From NCBI GenBank assembly GCA_046563655.1, contig CM102285.1:11656001-11720000 (forward strand): a DNA stretch of 64,000 nucleotides. The letters are read 5' to 3'. The DNA is from Yuukianura sp. NJ FZ-2021 (taxonomy: Eukaryota). A program made the position numbers and the translations under genes. Shown here one piece after another: positions 1-13,100 of the stretch. Below the pieces are notes generated by a model. It was not told the origin of the DNA and made no database searches. It saw nothing but the letters and a program-made list of their open reading frames with translations. Positions within the stretch are counted from its first letter, which is position 1, and each line of letters begins with the position of its first letter.

Positions 1-2775
1 TGTAATTTTTCCTGTTAAGGTCTAACCTGATGCTACTATGTACTTCCGAATCTGCTTTCTCCTCCCCTTAGCTACTCAATTGTAATTTAACTTTTAGTGC
101 AACCAAACCCAGAGGATCTAAAGGAAAATGAAAGGTGCAAAGATTCTTCCATCCTAGGGGAAAGTGAATCAATTTTTAATGGAAGGAGTCTGGCATGGTG
201 CTTGGCGGGCCGTCAGTGCCTTCTCTCCTACTTTTCCTCCTAAATTTTGGTGTAAAAAACATTAGGTTTACATTACGTTTTCTCTTGAACGTACCACCTA
301 AGGTTAAGTTACGTTCCCAACGTACCGCAATGTACAGAGTTCCTTCAGTATTCTTTTAGTATGGGCTCTTCTGGAATACTCAATAGACCCACTCATCTCA
401 TTCCCAGCCTTCGGCCCTTTGAAGGAGAACCAAACCTTCCAGACAGATTTGAAAATTGCACATTTTGGGTCCATTTCATCCCATATTCCAAATGCAGAGG
501 AGAACGTAGCCATTATCTCCATATTAAAATAGTGCTTTCTCCACAGCAGAAACTCTTTGAAACCTGATTTTGGAATTCTGAATGAGAAAAGTGATGAGAT
601 AGGAGAGGTTGCCCTTTGGTAACGCGTACCCCGTTGGAGTTCACAAAGGGAGATTATTTATAAGGCAGCTGGTGCCAGAGGGAATAGCGTTTCGTTTAAG
701 CATAACTTTCAATTTCAGAAAAAATTATATAAGAAACGATAAGATTTTTGAATTTTCAAGGGAAGAATCCCAAAAGAATTCAACCCGGTTCTTCAAAATG
801 TCCAAAATTTACTTTCACCCTCAAAAACTCGTTTTCAAAATTTGGTCTAGTGCAATAGCTAAACCTGAAGATTTAAAAGAATGTTGAATTCCCAAAGCTG
901 GACTTGCCGAGATAAGTTACGTTAGGCTAAGCGAGTCCAGGTGAGGTTAGCTTAGGTTTTAGCTTAGACTGAACTAAGCAAGGTGAAAGCACGCAAGTTG
1001 ATGGCAGGTAAGAATAAAAATTTGATAGGATTAGTTTCCGTGAAATTGACTTTCTCTCTGCAGAATTTCCGAGAGACTAGCGTAGATTGGAATGAGGAAT
1101 TTTATACTGGCCGGAGAGAGTCACTGGGGAGGGAGTTATTGCCTCTGCACTCCAGTTTTAGGCCTAAGGTATGCTGCCTCCTTGTACAGAATTTTGGAGT
1201 TTACCTTAGTTTCCCCATCCCCTACTTTGTTCAAACACGTTTGAACAAACGCTGAACTCCCCAGGAACTCCACACCCATTCGTCCCAGGTAGCTTTCTGT
1301 GATTCCTCTGCGGATAATAAACTCCTAACCTAATGGAATTTATCGGCTGAACAAAAGAAACAACAACAAAGTACACCGAATTCCAGTACCCGGGTAGAAA
1401 CAAATTCGGGGAGTTTAATTCCCTTTAGAATCCTCTTGCAAAACTCTAAAACTCTACAACAAAAATATCCAATTTCACAAACAGGAGAAAGGTTAATGGT
1501 CTAGAATCGTAAAAAAATATTCACAAAAGAAAAGGATTCAGGTTCAATTTCAATTCTTTTCCTATCAAATGTAACACAAATTCAACTTTCAATTTTCAAA
1601 AATTCAAATTTCAACCTGCGTTTATTTTGGAAGTCGCCTTTAGGTTTCTTCTTTTCTACTGCTGAGAACGAGCGTCGGATTGTGGTTTAAGATAGTGATA
1701 GTAGTTACTATTTTTTAAGAAATTCATTGCAATTTAATAATTTTTTGAGTTTTGAGGTTTAAAATTTGAAAATGAATTTTGACCGCACATTTGTCGTACG
1801 TTTCATTTTTTGAAAAAATCTAGACTCGGAGAAAGTTTAAAAAATAAACAAAGTCAGAAAAAAGAGAAATGCCTGTCATCCAGAATCAGATTATGGTTTC
1901 TCCATTGTACTCTTCCTTGGTAATGGGAAAGTCAGTTTCAAATAACAATTTCCTTTTTTTGAAGACTTTATAATGCAAAAGCTTGTTTCTTTCTCTTTTT
2001 TCAAAACAAAATATGCTTGAAATGAGCCCAATTCTCTCATTTTATCATCAGCTTTCTCCTACGCGTTTTTATTCTTTCCAAAACTACGCAAACAAATAGG
2101 AGAGTGGCTGTCTGTCTTTTCTTTTGTATGACGGGCAGTAAAACGGTTTCCAGGAAAATGAAAAAAATACGAAAAGTCGCCACCATGACCGACCGTGGTT
2201 TAAACTCAAAGTTCAAGAAACTTTTCCGATTAAAAGGGCAAGGACCAGCATCAACTGCGGGGAACAAAGTAAACAAATGGGGAAAGTCGGCTCTGGTTCC
2301 TTTTGCACTGGATGTTGGCTGTAAGCCTGAGAAAAGTTGTGTGCAGAGGCATTAAAATCAATGAACGTCACTTTTGTATCTGGCAGGAGAAGATTCGGTT
2401 TTCCAGAAGACAAGGGGCTTGACACGCGGGAATTAATCATGGTTCATCTTCAGCTTTACTTTCCTTTCAAATCCACAATGCAACAGAAAAAAAAATTCCG
2501 GGAAGGCGTTCGCTACCTCTTTAGAATTCGATTCGACACAAAAGAAAAAAGAAGAAAAGAAAGCATTTTTAAATCATTCTCATTTTTTCCAGTTTTCGTC
2601 ATTTTCTTTCATCTGTCGGTTTTTTCTCTGAATAACTTGGGACGACCATCGTCAGAACTTCAACAGTACATCGGATTTGGTTGATGATGCTAAGACTGAT
2701 GAAAAATGATGACGAAAGTTTTCAGGGCTGCTGTGTGACCTTGTGCTTGCCATTGGTTGACCTTTGATGTACGCG

Positions 2776-3284
2776 TCAGTCCAGTAAAAGGTCAGATGAA
2801 ACAAATCCAAGTATTCCAAGCGCAATCGAAATGATCTGCAGTTTAGTAAAAATGTTATGTTTTTTTCTTTGTCAAAAGTGTATTGATTGCTTAAAAAAAT
2901 GGAGAAACGCATACAGTGTGATAAACGTAGTAGAAAATTTCGGCTCGTTGATACTGCCGGACGTTTCCAAGAAACGACGCTTCCGCACGAACGTTCTGTG
3001 CAACAGGCACGTACAAGGACCTAAAAACATGTTTTTTGCCTGCTAAATTACAACGTCGTAATGAACCCCAAGTCTACTTGGACGGTGTAGCTCACAGGTC
3101 AAAGTTCAAAATTGACTAACCGGCGATCCACCCCGTAAACAATCCGTAGTAGCAACTCCATAATTTCCTTAAACCAGTACATCAGCATCACAAAAACCGT
3201 GATCACTATAGGCTTGTATTTGATGGCTTTAAAACCCGATCCACCTGAACTGGGTATCGTTGAGTTAGTAGAATTGTTCGACAT
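2776..3284 (-). CDS. Unrecognised 109-aa microprotein with two predicted transmembrane segments (3 exons)
   Basis: Exons 3284-3121, 3020-2915 and 2835-2776. GT-AG introns of 100 and 79 nt, phases 2 and 0 consistent, total 330 nt. Product: MSNNSTNSTIPSSGGSGFKAIKYKPIVITVFVMLMYWFKEIMELLLRIVYGVDRRSLYVPVAQNVRAEASFLGNVRQYQRAEIFYYVYHTIISIALGILGFVSSDLLLD*. Two hydrophobic stretches; N-terminal NxS/T sequons. Confidence 0.7.
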
Positions 3285-6200
3285 TTTCAAAATGTAAATT
3301 CTAACCAACTGAAAACACTTCCAGTAAACCACAACATTGGACACGCTTGCTCAGAGCTCACCAAAATCAAATCTTATCAAACGCACGAGATTCTTCGAAA
3401 GTTTGAAATCGTCGCTAATAAGTGCACTGTCGCTGAGACAATTCGTGAATTCGTTTTTTTAGACCAATCGCAATCATGATAGAGAATCGGGGAGTTCTTG
3501 CCTTTACTTTCTCTCTACAGGCGCACAAAGTTTCTTTAATTTCTCCACATATAAAAGGCGTAGAAAAAAAAAACCAGATTCCAGTAGTGACCAGATCTAT
3601 ATTCTTTCCACGTAGAGTGGTTTTAAATATTGTACTAATTTTTAGTTATGTGAAAAAGAAAATCTAGCACAGACGTATGTGTACAATAACTTTTGAAATA
3701 GGCACAGGCAATGCGGCCAACTTTTAACCTCTATTGTCCTTGGAGACTTGACCTGCTCAAACTAGGGCGGAAAATTTGGCAAATGAAGGGCTTTGGTGTC
3801 TCCCTATGGGACGATGAAACAGAAAATTAAGGCCCAATGAACCCTTTGTGCTTATTCATACTTTGTTCTCATCTTCAAGTTGATTTTCCCCATCGGAGGA
3901 AGTACTTTTGAGGAGTAATTACAAGGATTTAGTTCCTGTTCCCACTCAGAATATTAATGAAAAGGCTTCGCTCAGTTTTTGCTAGAACGAAGCGGGAACG
4001 TGCGGGGGAAAGCAATTCCAGCGTTGTAAATAATTTACACTCTCACCCATCACTCAAGGCGTGATGGAACTTTGGGTAACAATTTGAATAGAGAGTCTCT
4101 TCCAAATTAAACCACATTTGGCGTCGTCCTTCCTTTCTCTTATTCTGAATTTCTGAAAGTTTGGAAACGTAGAAAACTGTAAAACTGGTTGAGAATTTAA
4201 CATTTATTTAAAGGACACTTCATAAAGAAAATGGAATATTGGAGTAGAAAGTAAATCGAGAAAGTTTTGGGAAACGAGCCTTCACTGTAGTTCATGATTA
4301 AAAAGTAGCAAGTTTTTCTATGCTTGACAAATCCACTGGAAGATGCGTCATAAAAGTATAAGTTTTTCCAAAAAGTTTGAATTGTTCCACATTTAATTTC
4401 CGCAGTACTAAATTGGACTTCAATTTTTCCGTTTTCTGGAAACTTTTACTTAAAATTTTACTAACAAACTTAAAATTTCATGCTAGTTTACTATTGAGAC
4501 TTTGGCAGATAAGCGAAAACGTCTTTTCTTCACTGAAATTTTAAAACCAAAACTGAAAAGTTGATGAAAAACCAAAGTTTTCACCACAAAGTACACTGAA
4601 GGGTCTTTGATACTAGATTTTTGGGCTTAAAATTTTCGGAAAATCGTCTTTTATCTCTTTACTGATTTTTCTGAGACATGCCCTTCACATTACTGACAAA
4701 TGCGAATATCCGTTTGGCCGAATGAGTAGATTTCCGTATTGATTTGACGAGTGAGTGAATTTGGACGTAATATCGTCCTTCCGTCCTTGTGGATTTGAAG
4801 CTAATGGACTCGGACGTTAAGTGTATGTCCAATTCATAAATATTTGAGTCAGCTTCCTCTGTCTCTCATCTCTTCTAGGGCAAATGATATATCTCTCCCA
4901 AGTACAACGACCATGAATCACGACAGCACTTTAGTTCAAACTACTTTCTCTCATTTCCTCATTTTCTTTCAATTCAATCCAATCGTCCAATGTCATCAAG
5001 CTCTATACTAAAACTCGGACATTTTACACCAATTTCAGGATCAACGCAAACGCTCTAAGCTTTTATATGTATCCTGTCAATTTCACAGAAAACTTTCACT
5101 TAAAACGTTATTCCTGATGCTTTAATCATGCTTTTCTCGCCCTGACTTTCACTTTTGGACCCAAACATATCGGATCAACTTTTGTTAACAAGATTAACCT
5201 TTGCCATCCACAGGAAAACGAAGTTTCAGTTACAAAATCGTCTTATTGTGAAATTAAAGCTAGTTCACTCGTATCGTTTGGCTATCTTTTTAGAAATTTT
5301 AAAAGTAAACCTTGTCATTGCAAAGCGTTATGCTGGAAAAGCCGAACACGTCGTTTTCTGATGAAGACATTGATTGGTCACTTTCCAGTTGCCTGCCACT
5401 AGCAGGTTTGGGAAAGTAATTTTTCATCCTTGGAAAAATTGACACAAAAACAAGAAAACTCTAACGTTAACCATGACATGCCTCACAAAAATGGACACGG
5501 ACAGTGAATTTAAAAATATGATTAACTTGTACCCAGCAGGTCCATGGCGTGACTTGGTCACAAACTATTATTTTGGAAACAAATGACCTTTGACACATTA
5601 GTTTCTCTTGACAGGATTCCAATTTAGATAAAACCTAATCGTGGGAACTACCATCAGGGCACTATTTTATTAAACTTTCACCAATTTCTTTGTTTTAACA
5701 TTTATTAAGTCATGATTTACAAAAGTAGGGGGTTGGATTGATTGCATTTCATGAATCAGGTTAATCTCAAGCTTCTATGTTTTACTAAGCTTTCACCACA
5801 TTTGACTAACTAACAGACCTTAGATAAACCTAATCTACCTTACACTATATTAAATAAAATTAATTTATAACTAATTAGTAAGATTTACATTCCGACTTAG
5901 GTTAGTTTACAAAATGGGGTTGAAGATTCAAGCAGATCTCTATACAAATACTACCGAGTTAAAGCTTCATCACAAACATTACGACGAGTTCTGCTTTTAA
6001 AAGTTAAATTTGACCTACTCTTTAGCACATTTACATAATGTCAATAATGTGTAATTCAGCACACAACGTTACCATTTACTCTGATTGCTTTAGTTTAGGG
6101 TATAAAGTAAAACTTCGTGTGAATAACACATTAGATTTCCCAAACTAAAGTTAAATTAGAAAGTTCCCTGAGTAAATAACAATATTTTGGAATTGATACG

Positions 6201-7125
6201 AAACTTCCATGAAGGTAAACATTAGTCAGGAGGAAAAGCCTCAACGATGTTATTGGTGACATGAAACTGAAGTGGGTCCTCGAACGACTTGTATCGAAAC
6301 CTAAGTTGGAAGCTCCAGCACAAACGGCAGTATTACCATTAAAGTTGTCGAACCGGAGAGAAAGTAGGCTGCTCTCCGTCGTTCTGAACAGAAACTTTAG
6401 AAAAGTTGAAGTGTGTGTATTTGGAAGATAGGGAGTCCCCCTTTTCCTCGTGTAACCTTCAAGCATACTTGGGGACTTTTTTACTTGGATTCTGTTTAGG
6501 CTGGTGAGGACTTATGACAGAAATGGCGGGAGTGAGGAAAAGTCTGCCTTCAATCCGCATTCCTCCACGTTCTTTATACTTGAATGCCTCCTTGCCTGCA
6601 CTATTGAATTCCTTCAAACTTCCACTTTCTTCCATTCTTCCAGTGATTCCAAGGGAATTCACAAGAATTGAGGCTAAGTCGCTTAACACTTTTCAGCCCA
6701 ACAGAATTTGTTCCAGCCTCCAGCTCCGGGCAGAAGTCGATGTTTTAAGGCAGGGTTCGACTGGATCCTAAGCGGCTGCTAGAGGCTTTGGATCTCTTGG
6801 TTTTACTTGCTTTTCGTAGTTTCGTGTCTTTCCCCGCTCTGATGACAGGTCATTTATACCATTCCACCCGAATCCACTTTGTACATTTCACGTTTTTTAA
6901 ACTTCGGGGATTTAGGAGAACTCAAACAGAACAGAAGAGGTGGTTGGGTTAGGTTATGGGAAGAAAGGAGAGAGTTTAGAAGTTCAAATCCTCAGGGAGT
7001 TAGAATTTTTTCTAGAAAAAGGTGATAATTTAGAAGAAAGTTGTTTTCTGTTTGAAATTTCAAAGTGACAAAGTGTTTGGAAGAGCAAAAGTTTGTGAGA
7101 GTAAGGATTAGGGATGGAGATTGTA

Positions 7126-10100
7126 TCATGATCCTAAGTAAACACATTGAGTGTGTCCCTCGATAAGTTTTGACGGAACCAAAGTTTCCACGGGTTCGAA
7201 CGCTGCTAGGGCCCAGTTGTCTCGAACCTAGAAAAAAAAAGAATTGAGGAAAATAGAATTTCTTCAAAAACATTTATTTTCACTTTGGATGAAATTTCTC
7301 TTTAGGGAAATTTTGCGTTCGAAGACAATTTTCCAACTTGGAGAATGAAGCAATTCGACAGTTTGGAAATGACGCTGATTGTTTGAAATTTACAACTTAC
7401 GATTAGAGGAAGTGGTGGTGGGGTGGAGTTTTAGGTGATTCGTAAAAAACTTTTTGTGAAAATGAAAATTTGAAAATTTACAACCAAGGGCAAAATTTTG
7501 GTAAAATTTATTAACAGAGGGAGGAAAGTTGGAATTATCGCAAATCAGCACCTTCCATAATGATGGATTGGTTCCAAAAAAGTCCAAAAGTTAACTTAAA
7601 AAAGTTAGGTTCCCCATTTCCTGCTGAACTTACTTGCTCAACTTGGCGAAGAACTCGGAGAAAGTTAAGTCCAGCCAACTTTTTCAAATCATCGGCTGAC
7701 CAAGTAGAGTCTTCCAGAAGTTTTGTAAACAAATTAGGATACTTGGATGCATCTTCGAGTCCTTTAGGCGTACTGATCACAAAAAGACAAAATTACTTTA
7801 CTTACTTTGTTCCTTTGCTGAGGTAAACACAATGGAACCAGCCCAAATTCCCTTCTTTGTCATATAAAATTACACAAAAACGAAAAGTTCCCTTCAATTT
7901 AATGATAAAAGTCCTCAACTTTCCTTTGCTTTCCAATCATTTGTTAACTTTTCATAAGTTTATTTTCTTCGAATTCAGCAGGCCCAATTACGAGTGTACT
8001 TGCACAACTCAAAAAGACGAAAAAGAAAGTCACTTTTAGAAATTTTTTTCTCTAATGTCAAAGAAACCTCTGTGTGTCCACTCCATACCATTCCACCAAC
8101 CATGTTTTATAATGAATCTGGGTATTTTGGCTTTCACTGTGTCCGTTTCATTCAAAAATTTCAGACATAAAAACTCTTTCTTGCTTTCTTTGTAAGAAAT
8201 TTAAGTATGTTTCAAAATTATTTTCAAAAAGAGTTCTTGACGAACGGTAAGAAATTTTGTTCAAACTCCAAAATGAACTCACTAGATATGCAAAAAAAAA
8301 TCATCTGAAAACACGAGCCAAGAAAATGAAAGTGTTTTCGTTCACTTTGATTTCATTTTGAAAAAGTGAAAGTAGTTTTTGGCGCGTAATTCCGCTTGCG
8401 CCACTTCTACTAATTAAAGACATCCAAGGCTGAATTCCCTGTTTGTTTCTTCTAATTCCTTCTACTAACACCTTTCCTCGCTCTACATTTTCAAAATTTC
8501 ACTTTCACTTTTCGAAAACATTCTCCAAACTAAAAACGAACAACTTTTCTCCTAAGCTTTCTGGCCTAATTATCTCCCTCTTCCAGAAACTTCACGTCCT
8601 TTGTTTTTTAGCTTGAACGTAAATGCATAAGAACTCAAGAATACAAAATCAAAAGAGCTCTCACTCTCCCCGTCACTATTATTCAAATGAACAACACTTT
8701 TTTTAAACATTTAAAAAAAACTTCCTCTTTTCCAAAACTCAAATTTCTCAAATGTGACACTTCCAGAAGAGGATTCTGCAGACTTTTGTTGTAGTTTTTC
8801 CACAGAGTTATACTCTTCCCGTCCCGACAGGGATAATAAAGCTAAAGTAGTAAAAACTATTCACGTTGAAGTGAAAGAGGAACCAGGAAGAGTAAAAGTT
8901 GTTCAAAGTGGGTGTAAAAGGCATTAAGTACTTTGACTTTTTGAAGGTTTCCTGAGTTTCCTAACAAAAGCTCTCTTGCCATATTCTATTTTGTCCAAAG
9001 AAATAAAAATTTTGTTGCTTGTCATTTTCTAAACTTAGATCGTTCGTAACTTTCACTTCTCAGACGCAGAGAAAAGTTGTTAAACCCAATTTTAGTGTTT
9101 CTGTCTCAGGTTAGGTTTGGAATGTAAGTGCAGGAAAAATTCTGAATATTCTAAGGTAAATTTTGAGATCAAGATGTACTTACTAATTGATTCCATCAAA
9201 ACCAGCACCAATTCCAACATGATCAACTCCAGCAACATTACGGATATGGTTGATATGATCTGAAAAAAAATGCAAAAAAATTCAATTTAAACTTCCAGCT
9301 TTCTTGATTCTTTTCATTTAAGGCGACTTGGATTTGCCGCGCATCTCTTGTGATGATAATTTCCTTCATCTTAATATCCACCAAAAGTCATTACTTTTAA
9401 ATGAAATGTTCCAAAACTTCATTGAAGTTCTGGACTAAATGTTTTCGACTCATGGAAAATGAAGGAGAAAGCGGCAAGCAGATTCTAGATTTGAAGTTAG
9501 AAAGAACAAAGACTTCAAATGAGGTCTTGGCGGAGAAGACAATAAAGATAGGAATTTTATAGTGGGAAAATGGAAAAGTGTAAGAACAGGAGATGGGAGT
9601 TGAATTTTCCATTAAAAATGGAAAACTTCATGTTTTTCGTTTTTTTCTTCTTTTAAAAGTGAACAACCTACTTCTCATCTTAGCAGTTCTTAGTAGCTTT
9701 AGAAGATGAAAGGAGAAGCAGACCATCATGGCAGTGCCAAGTTTAAATCTTCTTGTCTTTAATGATTTTCAAAATCAGAATAGAAGGTGAAAGTGGGAAA
9801 AGGAAAACGGAATTGAAAACCTTCTTTTGGAAACTGGCCAAAAACTTGAGACTTATCGTTCCCTTTTCTCGTTTTTGATTTCTTCCTGCCTTTCTTGTGA
9901 TCCGTAAAAGTGAAAACTCTGAAGAAAGAAACTCAACCTAGACCGTGCAAATTGCCCTCGAATGATGCTTATAGGCTTAACCTACACACTTTTCGACGTG
10001 AAATGAAGCAAAGGTTGTTGTAAAAAAAAAAAAAGTTTAAAAAAAACTCGAAAAAAAAGTTGAAGACTTGCATTTTGAAAGTCTTTTAAAGTAGAAAGCG

Positions 10101-13100
10101 CAGAGTTAAGTTGGGTTAGTGGGTAAGTGAGTATCCTAGATTTTGTTGGAGCTTGTTCAAAAATTACGCATTCATTTCACAAATGTCAACCGAGGGTTGA
10201 TGAGGGGGTCTTAAAAAGTTTATGAAAAACGTGACTTTCTTTTCATTGTAAACTTGAGGTTCTTAGGAACTTTCTCCACACGGAAAAAAAAACAAATTGT
10301 CAGGTTGACATTTTACACTCACGGATGGCAATAATGTCAAGAGATGTTAAAGAAATTGAAAAGGTTAAGTAACAAGCAAAGCATTTGTTAGGTTATTGAA
10401 GTAGAAAGGTGTACTTTCACTTTCAGACTATTTTAAGAGCATGGGAAAAGGTAATTTCCAATGGAGGAAGAGCTTTAGGCTAGAACAGAAAGCACTTTGG
10501 TTGTAAATGGCTCACAGAAATTCATTCTCAGTAAATGAAAACAATCCAATTACTTTGTCCAACTGAGGTAAAGGGGCTGCAGCGTTAAAATGTAGTTATA
10601 GCTCGAAGCGTACGGAAAAAAGATTCAAAATGGAAAGTGAACATGCTACTGCTTCTTTGGCATGGTTTAGGTTTTATTCATCTAAATTTCACACAGATTT
10701 ACCGTCACTTTATTTCCTGGAAGGCAAATGGAAGCAGAAGAGCGAGCTGGAAGTAAGTAGTAGCCAGCTTTCACTTTCATGTTTTTAGTCTGCTGGTTTC
10801 GTTTGCTGGGCTGCTTTTGAAATTATTACCATCGGCCCATCTTTTACAATTCTAAATTTCTTCTCATGGGGCATGTAGAAAATAATAATGGATTCAATTT
10901 TTTTTTTCGAAAAGGCGGTTGTTTTTTGAAAATTTAAGATAGCCGGGTCTTCCAGAATGGAAATAAGAAACTTTCTAACTTTCTCTCAGTAGGATACAAG
11001 AGGATGCTTCTTCGGCTAAAAAGTCACAAAAATCTGTTCGTCCATATTTTTTCTTTTAACATCTTTTTCTCCTTGCTACACTTTCTCCTATGTGCTTACT
11101 AAGGTTAGGTTTTTACCTTTTTCAAAACTTTTTGGTTTTTTAAATTTTCAACCTCCTCCAGCAGCATCTGTCCGCAGCGTTACGTTTTCTAACACGTTAA
11201 CTTTCACCAGACTCCTTTCCCTTCTTATTTTCAAATTCTTGCGTAAATCTCAATAAGAATCTTCTTCCTCTCGCGCTTTTCTTAGCCAGAGGCTCGAAGG
11301 TGGTGGTAGGCAAAGGCAAGTCGCCAGGAGCCACAAGGTATGAATTTCTAACCATCTTTTTCCCGTTTCCCAAAACGCGCCACATGCAGAGAAGCTTTAC
11401 AAAGAACGCAGTCAGCCTGCCGTACATTCAACACGGCATAGTAAAACGACGTGGTTGAACATCCGCTACCCTGCGTGCCACAAAACAGTGATTTCGTGGA
11501 AGCCTTGTTTTACCAAGTTACAGCAAAGGTAGATCTCAAACCCAAGGAAAAGAGGACCACCACAGCCAGTCGTCACCTTCATTCATCCATGTCTAAATTC
11601 ATGGTGAAGTATTTTGGAAATGCTGCTGAATGCTCCTAAGGAAGTGATGTGCACTTTTACTGCCGTGCTGCGGCACAAAAGGCATTGTGACACCACTATA
11701 AGAAGAAAGTTGGAAACCAAATTCCGTTCCCGTCAATGATTTCCAACGGAAACTGTCTTTGAAATGGTCTCCGTTCCTTTTCTCCTTTTTGGTTTTTGGC
11801 TGTATATCGTGAAAAGAAGCTTAGAGAAGGTGGAGCTGTCTGTGCTTATATTTCGATATGCTTACAATCTAATACCAAAGGTAAGACACGCATGAGATCT
11901 CAATTTTCCAATGCTCCGGTGCCCCTTCCTTCTTAGCGTCAGCTTTTGCCTTACTATAACACTGGAACAGATTCATACCAAGAGCAATCCCTATGAAAAA
12001 ACTTCAAAAGAAGTTACAAAGTTCAGAAAATTCTTACATCAGTTTCGAATTTCACCACCTTTTTCTGAACGAGAAAGCATTCAAATCTCAAAATTAAGGA
12101 CACCAACAGCTTTCTTTTTCAAATTTTGCATACATAGGACAAACCCAAACATCATTATCAAAAATAAGGTTAGCGAAATGCAAGTGGTGAAAGTAGATAT
12201 AAACCGATTTTGATTTAGTTTTTTTGCACTTTTTGCAAAACCTTTTACCATTCGCACGCATTCTCCTGGATACTAATGGAACAATGCCATCACGACCAGA
12301 AGTTGCAAACATGAAACCGTAAGGTTTTTTTCTGCTAACCTAATGGATAACCTAAAATCTTAACCTAAACCATGAAGGGACAAAGTTTTTGGAACATTGA
12401 ATCATTTTTCATTGTTCTGATACTTACTAACCATTTCCGCTTAATTGCCAAAGTTTGAAACTTTCTTCTTTCGTTTTGCTACTTTAATCTCAGCACGACA
12501 AATGATTTCTTTTCTTCAAGGCTCAATGTGCCCCCTCACCTTTGCTCCCACTTTTGCTTGTGTTTTGTAGAACCACTTAAGTTTTCCAAAGCATAAGCGT
12601 TTTTGTTGTTTCGAAATTCTCAATACTTAACACTCCAAATCACTGAACATTAACCATTCAATTTTGTTTGAGCAACAAAACTTTTCTTTTAAAACACGAA
12701 GTTTGCATTGTAGTAGTTTGGAAATTAGTAGAAGGCGTTGGATGGACCAAAATATTTTAAGTTTAAAAAAAAGTTGTAGCGTTTTAAGGAGTTATTTGCA
12801 CCTAACCCTCACATTATTGGAAACGAACATTTCGTTACGAATTTTAATAAACGGTTCAAAATCGAAACGAGTTCTTTAAAAAGGAACACAGAAGTGCACA
12901 GGTTTAACTTTTTGATTAAAATTTGACGTCACTGTGACACTATGTTTCTTCATTTCTTGCCATTGGAGACACACAAGAGTGAAACAGAACAAAAATGTAT
13001 TATAAAAAGTTTCTAACTTTTTTTTTCATTTTTAAAATTACTAACTTCGTCTCTCGAGGGTGATGCAAGAAACTTATGTTCTCGAAGGAAAGGTTTTTTT

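Noticed and set aside
2104..2440. ORFs including a GCCACCATG Kozak-context start at ~2184
   Set aside because: No coherent spliced product or homology recognised. May be 3' flank of the 109-aa gene.
11090..11458. Possible three-exon basic peptide on the + strand inside a dipeptidase intron
   Set aside because: Phases can be made to fit, but it needs a ~51-nt intron and has no signal peptide or motif. Likely chance.
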